Shown piece after piece: positions 45,879-60,409 of a DNA stretch of 64,000 bases. Origin of the DNA: the human T2T-CHM13v2.0 reference genome, Homo sapiens; NCBI RefSeq assembly GCF_009914755.1, contig NC_060942.1, one strand, 5' to 3'. Numbering within the stretch: the first letter of the stretch is position 1; every line of letters begins with the position of its first letter. Below the pieces are notes generated by a model that was not told where the DNA came from, ran no database searches, and worked only from the letters and a program-made list of their open reading frames with translations. The translations under genes were made by a program, and so were the position numbers.

Positions 45879-48255
45879 TACATCTACATACACATGTGCA
45901 TACATGAACATCAAAAAGGTACAGAGAACAGGTGGCAATCTGTTAACCCTAGTGACCTAAGCATGCAGCATCAGAGTTAGGAGTGGAGAATGAGAAATTC
46001 TTAATTTCTTAAAACTTCTACATTACTGGAATTATTAAGGTGGACATTTTCTTATATTTTTCCAAACATCTATATGTTATGCTGTTTGATAGAAAAAGGT
46101 GTGGATATTGTTAATGTTTTTAGTTTTTATTTTCTTCTTTCTACTCAACTGTATTTTTTCTTTTCCCATAATAAGCAAGTACTGCTGTAATAATGAGAAA
46201 AAGATCATGTTAAAGTCCCACTTTACTCTTTACAATGAGTAAGAAATAATTATTTTCAAACCAGGTTAAGTATACAGATGATAAAATGCTTGCTGGTGCT
46301 CAGGCTGCAAGGTTTTATTTTTCTGGGGTGCGGGAACACTAATATTTCCTCTACACAAGTTGCTGTGGACATTGTAGGACACACTGTTCTGTGGCATTTA
46401 GTCACTGAAAGCCTGAGCCAAGGCAGGATTCCAGAAATCCAGAGATTAAGAATAAATTTTAAAATTCTTTACGAGAATCAGCTCGGAAAAATATTTTGAA
46501 GACATGGCATGGCATCCATGGGTTATTTCATAACGTTTCAGCATAACTGTACATTCATTTAGGAAATACAAGACTCTAGAGACTCCAGTGAGGTGCCTAA
46601 AAAGTGAGGCAGGTGGAGACTGGCAAGAGCTGGGCCCTTCCATCTCATCCCAGATCCTCTCCATGCCCCTGAGCTGATCCGGGCACAACTCATTTCGTTT
46701 TCCATATGCACAATATTCAACAGAACCTTTTTTCCCTTAGTGGCTGGGCCCTTTATGATAGGTGATTACTGAAAACATTTTGAGCATCACCCTTTCTACT
46801 CCGCATTACTTCCCTATGGCACCTGTCAACCAACTGTGATTTTCTCTTCATTTATGGTTTGCTTTCTTTATTCCTCTTCCATCTCCCCTACCTGAAAATT
46901 GGCTCCACACAAAGATGGAACTGGTTTGCTCACCTCCACATCCCTAGCACCTAACACACCACTTGGCAACAGCAGCAGCTCCACACATACTTGTGGAGTG
47001 AATGAATATCGATGTCATGAGCGAATCAGCATGCCTACTGCCAAGTCTGCACAGACAGGAGCCATCCCACCTAAGTTCAAATCCTTGTCCTGACACTTAC
47101 TAGTTTGGGTGATTTTCTTATCACCAAGGAAAAGCTTGATAAGAACAAGGATTTTTGTCTGTTTTGTTCCCTGCTCTATCACTAGAGTTTGGAACAGTAT
47201 TTTCTAAATATTTATTCAACAGACAAAGGTTGAATGAATGAATATGTCTAATTTCGGGACCTGGCTATGGTCACGGTGCTGAATTCAGCAAGATAAGTGT
47301 TAGTCAGCTAACTACATACCAAAACCAAATTCCATTCTGACTGCATCTTAATTCTAGGGCAGGTGGTGGTATGGAACAGTGAGGAGAGCAATGAGCTGGG
47401 AGTCAGAGGGCTCAAAGGGGCCACCATCAACAGTGCTGATGAAATAGCAAAATTCTTTGGCATTGGTGTCCTTGTCTCCACATTGCAGAAGTTGAATTAA
47501 TCTCTTGAGTCCTTTCCCTCCGTAGAGCTCCTAGGTTGTCATGCCTGGCTAGTGGCTCCTCAGAGTCTGAGTGGAGGTGGGGAGCTGGAGGGGGGCTGCT
47601 CTGAAAGGCCTTGGGATTTCCTGTCCAGCCAAAACCCCCTATAGGGCAAGAAGAACTCTGGTTTGTCATGGTGTTTTGATCACTACTTTCTTGATTAAGG
47701 GGCTTAATTTAGTTATAGATACTGAGTATTATCTTAGACCAAATAAATAAAGGTCTAAATTCCTGTGGTTGGTGTTGAGGTGTGTGATATACACACCGCT
47801 AGAACTGGTCCAACTGCAAGACTTTAAAATCAATGGTTTTCATAAAAATGGAGAAAAGACATGGAACTATTATTTCAATAGTCTCTTCTATGTGCCAGGC
47901 CCATTCATATATCTATAGCAATATCAATGTCTATATCTACCTACATCTATATTCCTATACTCTAAATCTTATATAAGCCTCACATTTATGACCATTTTAC
48001 AGGTGAAGGAATGGAGACTCTAAGAGAAAAACAGATGTATATGATGAAATCAATCAACTTAGGTACACTAAAGATCTATAATGTGAAACATAAAGAAGAA
48101 AAAGCAAAAGCATAAATTGTTTCTTCCCTTTAGCAGCCTATAGTCTTTTTGAGAAGACATGGCATATGCACAACAAACTATTAAAAAGGTACATGCAGAC
48201 ACACAAATAAGCTGCTGATATGTGGTGTGGACCAAAAGGAGAGAGGGATGCTGAG

Positions 48256-48343
48256 AGCAAGGATAGGACTGGCTCTGAGAAAGGATAGGACTGGCCTTAG
48301 CAAGGATAGGACTGGACTGGACTTAGCAAGGATAGGACTGGCC
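48256..48343. repeat. Short minisatellite, 4 copies of the core aaggataggactgg
   Basis: Directly visible; unit about 21-26 nt. Confidence 0.9.
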
Positions 48344-49450
48344 TCTCAGGGCTGGCCACCATCCTTGGCACCTAGTAGGTTGCTCAAAATCTATTTAACT
48401 TGTTGAGTGTCTAGTATGTGTCAGGTATTGCAATAAGTGTTAGAAATAGAGAGACACATAAAACACAAACTCCAACTTCAAGAAGCTCTTACAGATTGGA
48501 ACTGCCACAGAACTCCAAGAGAGAGGTGAGCCGTGGGAAAGGGAGGAGATGCAGGCAGGAGTAAATGAGGTACCAAGAAAGGAAACAAAGGCACAGTGCA
48601 GGAATGAAAACAACACTGCAGGCGATGATGGGGAGTGAGTGGGGCCAGTAAGTAGACTCTACCTCCCAAAGCAGAGAATTGAGAGAAAGTGAAATTGAGG
48701 AGTGAGAAAGTGAAAGTAAGAAGTGAGAAAAAGGCTGGTGGATTAAAGAACCTATTTACTCACTTGGAAGGTGAATGTGTGGGACAACCAACTAACATTG
48801 TTATAATTCTGAGGGTGGAGATCATAGAAGGTACTTATGTTGCAGCCAAAATAAACTAGTTGGCTCATGGCAGTGCAGTTTATCACCAAGATCATTAAGG
48901 AACTATTCCACTACATGCCATCCTTTCTGATTACCACAATTTTCCCCAGGCATTTTTATTACTAATATTAGCTTTCAAAAAGTGCGTGAAATTTATAATA
49001 TGGCAGGCATCAGGAAAAACAAAGTGAGCTTTATTAGGCATTTTCTTAGATTTTCTTAATAGCAATGATAGAATATGACAGGTATTTTAACGAATGGTGG
49101 TGCTATCAATTGTGTGAATTAGAATATATTAAACAATGCTTCTGGGAGGCAAAGGAAGTTATTAAAGAACACTTAGGCAGGTAAAAAAATGCCTGAAAAA
49201 AAAGTCCCCCTCAGGCCTGGGGAAACCAGCTAATAGACAATATGGGGAGTAGAGGGGAGCTGCATTCCAAAGTAATTTTCTTTATGATGAAAATGTTTTA
49301 ATGACTCATTATATTCTCTTGTTGCAGGTAGAAGCCTTTAGTATACTATAATAAAACGTGCTCAAGACGGACATTTTGTATTATATATAGTATAAATAAG
49401 AAACATCAGTTTGGGGAAAACATGGTAAGATTCTTCCCTTCAGTAGTTCT

Positions 49451-49503
49451 ATTATTATTATTAAACTTTAAGTTCTGGAGTATATGTGCAGAACGTGCAG
49501 GTT
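49451..49503 (-). mobile_element. Extremely 5'-truncated L1PA 3' end (~50 nt)
   Basis: attattattattaaactttaagttctggagtatatgtgcagaacgtgcaggtt, flanked by repeated gttctatt. Confidence 0.8.
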
Positions 49504-50632
49504 CTATTTTCACAAAATAAGAAACAGACGCATCATAAGGTGACTCTGAGAATCCTAGACATCAGTAGAAAGTAAGACTAAATATGAACCTAGCTGGGCT
49601 TTTTCAAAGCCTTAAGCTGTCATTCTTTCACTAGTCTAACGTAGTTGAATTGCACGTGGGATTTTTTTCTACTTATCATCTGCATGACCTCAGACACTAC
49701 CTAACCTCTCTGAACTTTTAGATGCCTATGTTATAAAATCTGAATAAGAAAACTTACCACATACAGGGTTGTTGGGAGGATGAAATAAAATTAACACTAT
49801 GATGTACACAAATTGTTTAGCATAACGCTTTGCAGCCCCAAGTAAGTATGTGCTATTAATAGTAGATAGTTATTATCATTGATATTTCTGGCAATATGAT
49901 TGCTAATGTACTGTACTGAAAATATGCTGTATTTAATCAGACGACCTATGTTTCAGTCCCAGATAAGCTTACCAGCTTACTATTTCCTCACCTATAAATG
50001 GCAATATTATGATGAGAATAATGTCTGCTTTGCCTAAATTACAAAATTATGGGAAGCTCCAAAGGTTATGTATGTGCAAACTATAAATGGTTAAATGGAT
50101 TAAGGTATTTTCTACTCTACTATATGTACCCAAATGAAAGAAACTCAAGTGTAAGCTATTCACCTCCATTTAATGCACCACGAATGTAATACTACCCACT
50201 CTATTAGCACAAATAAAAAAGGAATATATATGGGTTTTCAGTAAATGGTGACTTACTGTGATATTGTGAGTATGACTCTTTACAGTTAATATAACATCTG
50301 TATCTTACTGTTATAAAGATAACTCTTGCAAACGTCTAGCAGTACATATATAAATCTCTCAAAATAAAAACATGACTCTCTACTAAAAAATGTGAACATA
50401 AATAGACTATTTCTACCACTAAATCATGCAGTGGAGTCATATATTTACTAATTATAACCCTGATACAAAGATTAATATAAGAGCAAACATGTTTTTTAAA
50501 AATAATCAAAAAATTGGGTTGCAGTTAAGGAAAAGAAAAAATTATCCAAATTGTTGGGCAATATCTAACCAAATTTGGAAGCTTATCAAAGTTAATTTTA
50601 TATTTTTCACTTGAATTACAAGAAGTCTGGAT

Positions 50633-50658
50633 ATATATAAATATATGTGTATATATAT

Positions 50659-50701
<43 letters not shown>
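50633..50701. repeat. (TA)n(CA)n compound microsatellite
   Basis: Directly visible. Confidence 0.93.
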
Positions 50702-50703
<2 letters not shown>

Positions 50704-50930
50704 TTCTTTTTTTTTTTTTGAGACAGGGTCTCACTCTGTCACCTAAGCTAGAATGCAATGGTGTGATAGCTCACTGCAGCCTCTGCTTCCCAGGCTCAAG
50801 TGATCCTCCCACCTCAGCCTCCTGAGTAGCTGGGACTACAGGCACATGCCACCACACCCACCTATTTTTTTTTTTTTTTTGTATTTTTTGTAGAGATGGG
50901 GTTTCATGATGTTGCCCAGACTGGAACTCT
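50702..50930 (-). mobile_element. 5'-truncated AluJ
   Basis: Right arm and part of left arm, reverse orientation. Confidence 0.9.
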
Positions 50931-53428
50931 GGATATTCTAATGTGACAAATGTTGCTTGTATAAAAAAATTACAGAAGGCCTGTCCAGAGCTCAATGGTG
51001 GATGGCTTGACTGGAGGCCAGTGGAAATTATAGCTCTGATTTTCACCAATTTAACCCCCATCACTATTTTTGGACAGCAGCCAAGTAAAAGTTATTTCTG
51101 CTCAACATGCAAAAGAGGAAAGATAGAATTTAAATATTCTCCATCACCTGTATCTAATAGCTAGTGATTTCAAGAGCAAAGATTTGGGTTAGAGAAAAGG
51201 CAGCCTCGGGACAGTACTACAAGTAAGCTGTGGAGAGAGTTAAAATATGTTTTATCTGTACATAATTAACCTACATATCATTCCTTGTCGATTCCTTTGT
51301 TCTCTTTTGTTCCCTTGCCCTGGAATTTAAGACTATGAACAGGATGCCATGGAGATGAGGGTAGACTCGAAAAGGGAATGACTGCTAATACGATTTATCC
51401 AAACATTATTAGGATGATTGGTTAGGAAAAAAAGTGGACAGATATTGGAATGCAAGGATGGCTTTGGTCTTGAGATGTAAAAGCAAAAGTAGGCTTGAGG
51501 ATTCATGATGTGTAACATACACCTCCTGCCCCCACAGCTAATTACAGGCAACATAGGATTTGGCAGAACAGGACAACCGGTGATTTGTCTGCTTGATTAT
51601 CAACTAACATTCTCGACTCCTTCTATCTGTAGTAATTATTCCTATTTGGCATATTTCAGTGCAAAGCTCCTTCATAAATAATAAAGCACGTAACAATTAG
51701 TTTAAAAGGCTAAACTCCTAAGAGGAGTTCAAGATAGGGAGGCAACATATCTGTGTTTGCTAGAAAGAAAAGCTTAGCTAACCTCTGAGAGCAATCATTT
51801 TTTTTAAGGCAGTTCAAAGATCTGTTTCATTTCTGTGATTTTTGACATTGAGGATGAATGTCTAAAATATTTACAAGTGAAACTGACTAGGTTTTTATTT
51901 GAAAAAATACAACAGATTATAGCAAAAAGATTAAGGGCGAACGGATGTACTGGTCTCTATGATTCTGGAATAAATAAGCACTGTTCCTTGGAAATAGTTA
52001 AAAAAGAAAAAATTCTCTCTCAATTAGGAAATGGAAAGACATTCAAGCTCTCAACTACGTAAAGTTGTAAACAGTGTGGGTGTGAAACAGCAGTAAAGAA
52101 CAACGAGACCCTGTGAAGTTGCAACAACAGGAGTAGGTGTATAGCAAATAATAAAAATGCAAGATACAGCTATAAAAATAGAGAAGCATGTGTATCCATA
52201 GGAAATAGATCATGCAATAGAGAGAAGCACTAATCTACAGTCATGTGCGCAGAGATCAAGTCAAAATATTCAAAATTTAACAAAAAATGAAATGTCACCC
52301 AAATGCTCTAAAATAACATGTGCATGAATAAAAATAAAAATCCACAGTCCAGGATGTAAAACCCATGTGAAAAGTGTATCCTATGAGCCAAATTCTCCGA
52401 ATAAACTGGCGCCCCCTTGAAGAGAAGGAGCACCTCCCCACCTGGGATGGAGGTGCAAATGCTGGCAGTGATTTCAGTGGAAACTCTGCACACACAGAGA
52501 GGCCTATGTGTCTTTATTTTACACCTGCTGAATGCAAAGAGCAAGGCTCTGAGGCTTAGGAGAAGCAGTCGTCCCTTCAAATCTTGCACAGTCAGGGTCT
52601 AGGGTGCTCAAGGTCTTGAACATGATTGCCTTTTGCCTGTGGCAGGGTCAGGAAAACACCCATTTCTCATCTCTCTGTCTAGCCTTTCTTGGCTCAGTCT
52701 CTGTCTGGTCTCCAGTTATTTACTTAGTGTTAGACTTTTCTGTATTTATAATTCCCAGCATGGAGAATAGAGCTTTTTGGAGAAAAGATGTTATTTAAAT
52801 TATTTTACTCATTTAGGTTAAAAAATATCACACAAGGCTGTACTTGCAGCTCCTTAGAATATAGTTATATATAAACAAAAATGAGAACTGGTATTTAGAA
52901 TCACGAGTTTACATTTAGGAACAGAGGGAAGATGTGTTGTCAATAAATTAAAATGGAAACTATTCTGTGTAAGAAGAAATCATATCTGAGGTACATTTGT
53001 ATTAAAGATGACAAAGACAAGTAAGAGATAAGAGACGAAATCTTGATATGACTAAGAAGATACAGATACTTGTCCATGTGCCAAAAGAGGTAATATCTAT
53101 GAAACGATTCAAAAGAATAAAGACTTTTTAAGATAAAAGGGAATCTTTTGGAATGGTACAAATGAGATATACTTTCTACTGCTTACATACAATATGTACA
53201 TTTAGAAAAAGGTAAATTCAAATATTTAAGGATGAAGCAAAATAAAATATTTTTTAAATGAAGATCAAGGCTTAGATGAATTTTATCAGCCCAGCGAACC
53301 TAATAATATCCAGAAATAAAAATAATTCTTTTGAAGAAAGAAATAGAAACTATTACTATTAACAAAATTGTTCTTTTACTATTCTACATGGTTTACTTTC
53401 TGGCTCACATTTTTAAGAAGTTTCTTAC

Positions 53429-53602
53429 CTGGGCTGACTGTTCACCTTTTCATGTTTTCCATTGAAGTTCAAACTACAGAGGCTTTTTGATTTTGAATGT
53501 GAAGAGTCTGATTCCAAATTTGCCTGTGTTTGTTCTCTCAAACGATCGTGAAGTGTTGCCTCCTTTTTCAAGTTCATGTCTGAATACGGGCAGCCAAAAG
53601 CA
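53429..53602 (-). CDS. L3MBTL4: L3MBTL4 internal coding exon (174 nt, phase 2-2): (S)AFGCPYSDMNLKKEATLHDRLREQTQANLESDSSHSKSKSLCSLNFNGKHEKVNSQP(R)
   Basis: Acceptor ctctcatttttatacaaaccag|T, donor CAG|gtaaga, open frame of 57 codons; GCPY is the end of a CCHHC (C2HC) zinc finger. Confidence 0.95.
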
Positions 53603-55383
53603 CTGGTTTGTATAAAAATGAGAGCACAGTCATCAGTATACAGTGATAAATCAGGGATCCATTGTCATTAGAGCAGACTTACACCTAATATTTAAAAATT
53701 GCATAGAAACATTCTTCTTTCCCTGAGCACACTCAAATAATAGTTTCTTTTCATATTGCCTTTTGAGAAAATCTCAGGTTCTAGAACCACAGACACTGGT
53801 CAACAAAGAATTATAGATAGATTCATCAACACATACGGCATTTATAATTTTAGAAACTTAAAAATCTAAGAATAGCATACAGATGTACTTCCAATGGAAC
53901 AATGCAAATGTCACATAACACTTAACTCAGTTTGTATCCTCAATATGCATTCCCTGGTTTGACTGTATCAGAAAAGACTATGGGTAACTAAGCATATTTA
54001 CTGGTATCAGAGAATATTGCGTTTTCATTTCTTAATATTCATGTATGCAGAAACACTCTATCTGCAGATCTGCTTAATCCTCCAGAGCTTTGCTGGGAAG
54101 TTTTGGGCTGGGGTGTGAAAGGATACATTGTAGGTGAGAGAGGAGAGGCCCAAGCCCAGGTCTGCTGAGTCTATTATCTCCCCTCACAAGTCAAAGCTGA
54201 GTCCTGAGTCCTGGATGTTATCAGAACCCAATAGCAGGCTATGGGCAGAAGGATCTGCCAGGGCCAATGACCTGGTTCCTTCTGCAGGCTGATGGGCTGT
54301 CTCCATTAGATCCCTGTGCCCACGTCCCTGTCTCCAAAGAGGCCCCAAAACTCTGCCGCTGCTAGAAATGAGGTTGCTATACCAGGGAAGACACACCCAA
54401 GACAGGTCACTTGTACATTACCCTGGGGAAGGTACTTCCTGCCAGAGCTTCAGAGATTCTCCCCAGTGAAATGAGCAAAGGAGATCCAACTCATAAGGGT
54501 TAGTGTGACCCTAAGAATTCACAAACACATGCCACACACAAACACACACACATCATGAAATGGTAGCTGTTATTGCCATCATAGTGTTATCACCGGCTAC
54601 ACCTAGAGGAGCACGTGGCCAAATACATCAATATCGAGGCAGTTGATTCTTTTCTGAGCATTCACTTCCTACTCACTATGAATTTGCTGATACATAGTAC
54701 AAAGTAAATCCATTCTGAATACATGAAAGCTTTCTTTTATTTTAAGGTCATGATAAAATTGTGGACTAGAACAGATTTCTGGTCCACAATTTTATCATGA
54801 GTCCAGCGAACATAATAAAAATAAACTGGATCTTCTGGAGAAGGCCATATGCATTCTAACCCCAAAAGGACTTTAGTACCAATATCTAGAATGGACTCTG
54901 GAACTGGGGACAGGATGGCTAAGATGATATCAGCCTGGCCCAGCATGATCTATACCTGTATCAGCAACCTTTGCTACAGAGAGAAGGGCGCCTTTACATG
55001 CATGTTCTGTAATTTGTAATAATCAGTATTGATCTATTGGTTTATTAATCTATTCAGGTATTGATTCAACAATCCATAAGCATCTGCTACATGCTAGGTA
55101 CTATAGAGAATATAAATTCAGTGAAGACGTTAAGACATACGTACCAAAAAGTACAATTTATAATAAGAATTAAAAAGCTACCCCTATTGAATGTATGCTA
55201 TAGGCCCACTATTATACAGGGTGTTTTACATGTATTATTTCTAATGAATATATATTTTTGACTGAATACCCAAAGGTATTAGCGTATTTATTTTACTGGT
55301 AAGACAACAGGCTCACACAGTGTAAGCAACTTTACCAAGGCCTTGTGGCACTTTCTTGGGAAGTCCCAAAACAAATCACTTAA

Positions 55384-55723
<340 letters not shown>

Positions 55724-58700
55724 GGGGACATGGTTTTTAACACCATCAAAAAAAGAAAATATGAAGGAAACCATAGCACAGTCCTTGTGCAGAGAGACCC
55801 AGAGGCAAGTATTTACAGGCTAATGCAGGCTTGGTTTGTCCTGGTTGCTGGTGGGGAAGAGCAGGCCAGCATACGCTTGAGTCCTGGGATGAAGCACTAT
55901 TCCCAACAGCAGCAGAGCAAGAGCGATCTGGTTAAGCTGCACCGTATGGGATTTAAGGAAAATTTCAGAAAGAACTTTCTGTAGGCAAAAGTTGGAAGGC
56001 ATTAGGCTAACTTAAGAGAGACTGAGAAATATCTTTTTCAAAGACAGCCGAGTTTTCATTAAGATACTATGACTCAGAAGTTTTGCTATCCATCTAGCAC
56101 ACACTCCCAATTTGAGTTTTTTAAATGATCATTATAACCATGAATTTTTTTTTTTGTAATTTCGTGTCACTACCCCTATGTGGTTCATGCTACATGGCAC
56201 TAATGCTGCCTCTTCCTAAGGCTTACTTATCTGTCCAGCATCTGTAGACAGCTACCACAGACCCCTCCACAGTGAGCTGTTATAGTCATCAGTATTTGCT
56301 GATGTCGAGAGATGTTCTGTTTCCCTCAGTCTTCATTCATGAATCAGTCTCTCTGGTCATTCAATCATTCACCTATTTCTAATTTCCTCCTAGTTCCTTT
56401 TTTGTCTCTCTGGTAGTAAGGAAGGCAAAATCAAATGGAACCCCAGAGCATTGCTAGAATGGAACAATTCCTGATTCTATGAGGCAAATCATGTGACTTA
56501 TCTGCACCATTTTGAACCTTAGAATCTGGGTTCTGAGAATCTACTGTGACCAAGTTGCAACACTGTGCTCACTTGGTTCTTTGCAGAGAAATAGCTACAT
56601 TAAGGAGATGGCATCCCCAACTTTTGCCTGCCTTCTTGCACACTCAGACTCTTACTGGTGCTTATGTGCATGCACGTACGCATGCATGTGTGTGTGTGTT
56701 TAAGAGATGCATGATTCTGTATAAATCTATTCACATTGAAAAAAAGAAGACTGAAGTGGACAGGCTAGGTATGATAAAACCACTTTTGAAAGCTTTGGAT
56801 TTAGCCAAATATTGGGGAAGTACTGTTCTGACATAGTCTCTTCAGAAAGTATTTGAGCTAAGCTGAAGTTTCTATGACTTAAAGTTCTGTTGGTCAAAGT
56901 AAACTGTCAGTGTCTGATTGGTAGGGAGTAATATATTCAAATTCCAGTTGGTTGATTATGCATGGAGACAAGCAAGCTTAGAAACTGCAGGCTGAGAGGG
57001 GAGTGCTGAGCCACAGTGTCTCTGCTGGAGTCCTGGCTCTTTTGATTCAGAAGAGCATTTCTCCATTCCTCCTTAATTCACAGAAGAATCTGTCATTTGC
57101 AGGAAAGGAAGAGACAGCAGCAGCTATTAGCTTGACCCACACAAAATTGCAGTTTTTAAATGTCAAAGACAGTTGAGTATCAGAAATTTTGCATGGTTCT
57201 ACCAAATAATTTACCAAAAATGTCAGCCCCAACCTCATCAACAGTGAAGCAGTTGAAGAGAGGATATACGCTAAATAAACAAAAAGTTGCCAGACCATTG
57301 CAGACAAAGTTTTAAAAGAAAAATGTTTTGACAGATACAAGTAGTCCTCTTTCTTTATAATGGAAGGAAACAGAGTGATTACAATTTAAAAGAATATGGA
57401 AGCATAATTTTTAATATCTGATGACAAATGAAAAAGTAAATTTTATTCATTCTAAGAGCAGCATTCCTGAACATGTTTCTGTCTCTGAGTTTTAATGACG
57501 TTAGGGTTTGCAAAGCAGCAACACTGAGCCCCTGAGGCTGGACCCCTGCATTTTGGGTGTGGTCCAGGAGGCTCCTCAGACTGAATCTTCTCTCCTTCTT
57601 TCCACGGCAGGGGTACCTGATTCCACCAGTTGGGACAGTTTCCCTGTATTCCCAGGACTTATCCTGATGTGAGGTCACAGGTAATCCATTAAGCTCAGTC
57701 CTCCATCTTAAAGTCCAGCAGTTCCAGCTGAAGCAGTGCCCCGGTCTGATGTCTGTGCAAATGCCATGCTCAGAAGCCCTAGTCAGCCTTGTGGGCTCCG
57801 GTTCCTCTAACTCAGCATCCACTTTGATCCCTGTTTCTAAATGTCTTGCCCTCTGCTTTGACTAGACTCAGGTGCCTTCCTGGTATGGACACCCTAAGTT
57901 CCTACTTTGTTTTTGCCATCCCCTTCCCATGACACGACTTCTGCCTCTTACTCTTAAACCTAGGATGTGAGGCTCCACTTCCCAGATGCCACCTGGCCAG
58001 TCTTCTATGTGCTTCTCACCCCGAATTATTCCCTGCCAGGTGCTGTGCCCGCCAATTGGGATCCCTCCCTTCCTCTTGAACTCTTCCTATGTGGCTCTGA
58101 TTCCAAGAGTCTAGATGGTGATTACTGTTGCCAAACCCCTTGGATACCAGATTCTGCTCCTCAGCTATACTCTCCTCTTGCATCAACAATGTTTCATTTT
58201 CTCCTACCCAGGCAGGAGACTTGATTCCCACTTCTCTCTGAGAGCCCTGTTCTGCTAAAAGGGTGGGTGGTGCTCTGTGACATCCTGGAGGTGGACAGTT
58301 CACAGCAGGAGGTTATAACCAAGTTGTCACGACTTACCTAAGGGTAGCTTCCCAGCCTGTGTGCGGCTACACCCTCAGGTGACCAGGGGGCCCTGGGGCA
58401 CCAGAGTCCCAGACCAGTCCTTCCAGCCTCCAGCAACCTCTAGGCTCTAAGCCCCCTCTTGTTCCCAAACGCCAATGGTCATTTTTTCTCTGTGACGTGA
58501 CATTTAAAAAGTTGGGAAGCATGACAAATTTAAGCAAAATGGCAAAGATGTAATAGCCTCTTGAGTGCTGCAGTTCAAAACATAAATAAATAACCCAGAA
58601 GTCAGCAGTATTTCGGGAAGAGTGTCAAGTTGTTGACAACCTTTCTTGTGATCCTGAAAAGTAAAGTCGCCCAAAATAGGCAAGTATCTCCCAAGAGGGG

Positions 58701-59656
58701 CTCAGATGTGGAAACGTGGCTTCCTATAGCCCAGGAATTAGACACACAGACTGTAAAGGGTTCTCTAAATGCAACTAACTCACCCCTCATGAAGCCTAGA
58801 GTATTTTATAGTTTAGTCTCAATTATTTTGCTAACCAATTATATTATTTTCCTTCAAGAGGCAGATAAGACAAGACTGAAGAGTCCTCTCTTAACTGAGA
58901 GGTCAGATTCTAACAGGTACTGTGTCTGGGTGGGCCGGGGGCATCTCCATGTGGAAGCCTTTATGAAGGAGTAGGTAGGAGGCCTCCCAGAACCAAAGGA
59001 CAGGAGGAAGCATGAATAGTCATACCTATCAGATAAGGAGAGAGGGCACTGAGACTTGGCAGAGAAAGGGGCTCAGCGATGGAAATGAGAAGGAAGAGGT
59101 ATATGCTGCCTGCCTCACCATGTGGCCTCAGGTCCTGATGGCAGCAGCAGGCAGCTCTTTCGGAGGATTCTGGGAAGCTGCACGCAGCATGACCACCTCC
59201 CGCCCCGGGAAAGCAATGCCTTCCCCACACGCTGTTTCCCTCCCTGCCCTTTCACTTCATAAAAATAACCCGCCCCATTTCAGAACTGTATTGTCTTTAG
59301 TATGCAGTAGTCTACTCTCACACAGTATAAGGATGTTAAGTGAATATCTTTTATTCTTAGAAAATACTGATTGGCCAAATGGCACCAAAAGACATAATAA
59401 ATACCAAAATGCAGATTATTGAAGTTATTGAACAGTGATAGTACTTTTCATCTGACTGAAATTGTTGCTAATTTTACCTCTATGAAGAGTAACAGCAAGT
59501 ACAGATAATACATGTTGGGATATGGACTGGGAAGTAAGAGCCATCATGAGTTTTTAACATCTGCTGAGGATGTGACATGATTTTTATTACATTGTCCTCA
59601 AACACAGACATAGGCAAAACCTAAATTTTTATATATCTATAGATAGATAGATAATG

Positions 59657-59660
<4 letters not shown>

Positions 59661-59719
<59 letters not shown>

Positions 59720-59730
59720 AGAGAGAGAGA
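59661..59730. repeat. Pure (TA)~28 followed by (GA)n
   Basis: Directly visible. Confidence 0.97.
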
Positions 59731-60409
59731 GGAGATTTTCAGGTCTCAAGGTCAATTTTCTTCAAATTCCTGTGGCTGTAAAATCAGTTCACCTAAGATA
59801 TTTTTCTCTTATTGCAACTAACTTTTGTCCATAAAATAGCTGACACTGTCACTTAATTGTCACTTTATGTACTCAAAAATTTAGTACACACAGAGTAAGA
59901 AAAAAGTATAAATGCTTTTTAAAGTTTCATAAGAGTCAAAATAAATCTATATATCTATATCTATCTACCTAACTATCTATCTATGACTCAATGAGTTCAA
60001 AGAGTTGGATGAAATGCATTTGATTCTAAAAATACATTTCCCTGGGTTAACACAGCTTGTGAAATCCTGGATATTATAATCTTCTGTATGTGGCCACTTA
60101 GGAAGCTGGAAGATAATTACTACCTAAATTAAGCATTGTAATCCGTTTAGTATAGTGGTGAAAAGTGTGGAGTTGAGAATTAGAGAAAATTGGAAGAAAG
60201 CTACTCGCTCTATAACCTTGGGCAAGTCATTCAACTCCTCTGTTTTTCATTTCCTCATCTATAACATGGTGATAATAATATCTTACAGGGTTTTTTTGTG
60301 AAAACTAAATGAGATAATCCATGCAAGGCCTCACATAGTGACCAGCACAAATTAAATGCTCATAAGTTTTTAATTTTAAAAAGGCCTATTCTGATACAAA
60401 ATACTAATT

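Noticed and set aside
48256-48343. Repeat-spacer-like pattern resembling CRISPR
   Set aside because: Linkers are only 7-12 nt and similar to each other, the context is eukaryotic, and there are no cas genes.
57379-58330. 147-aa ORF and GC-richer block, possibly an ancient LTR/internal remnant
   Set aside because: I could not assign a repeat family or find termini, and there is no coding support.
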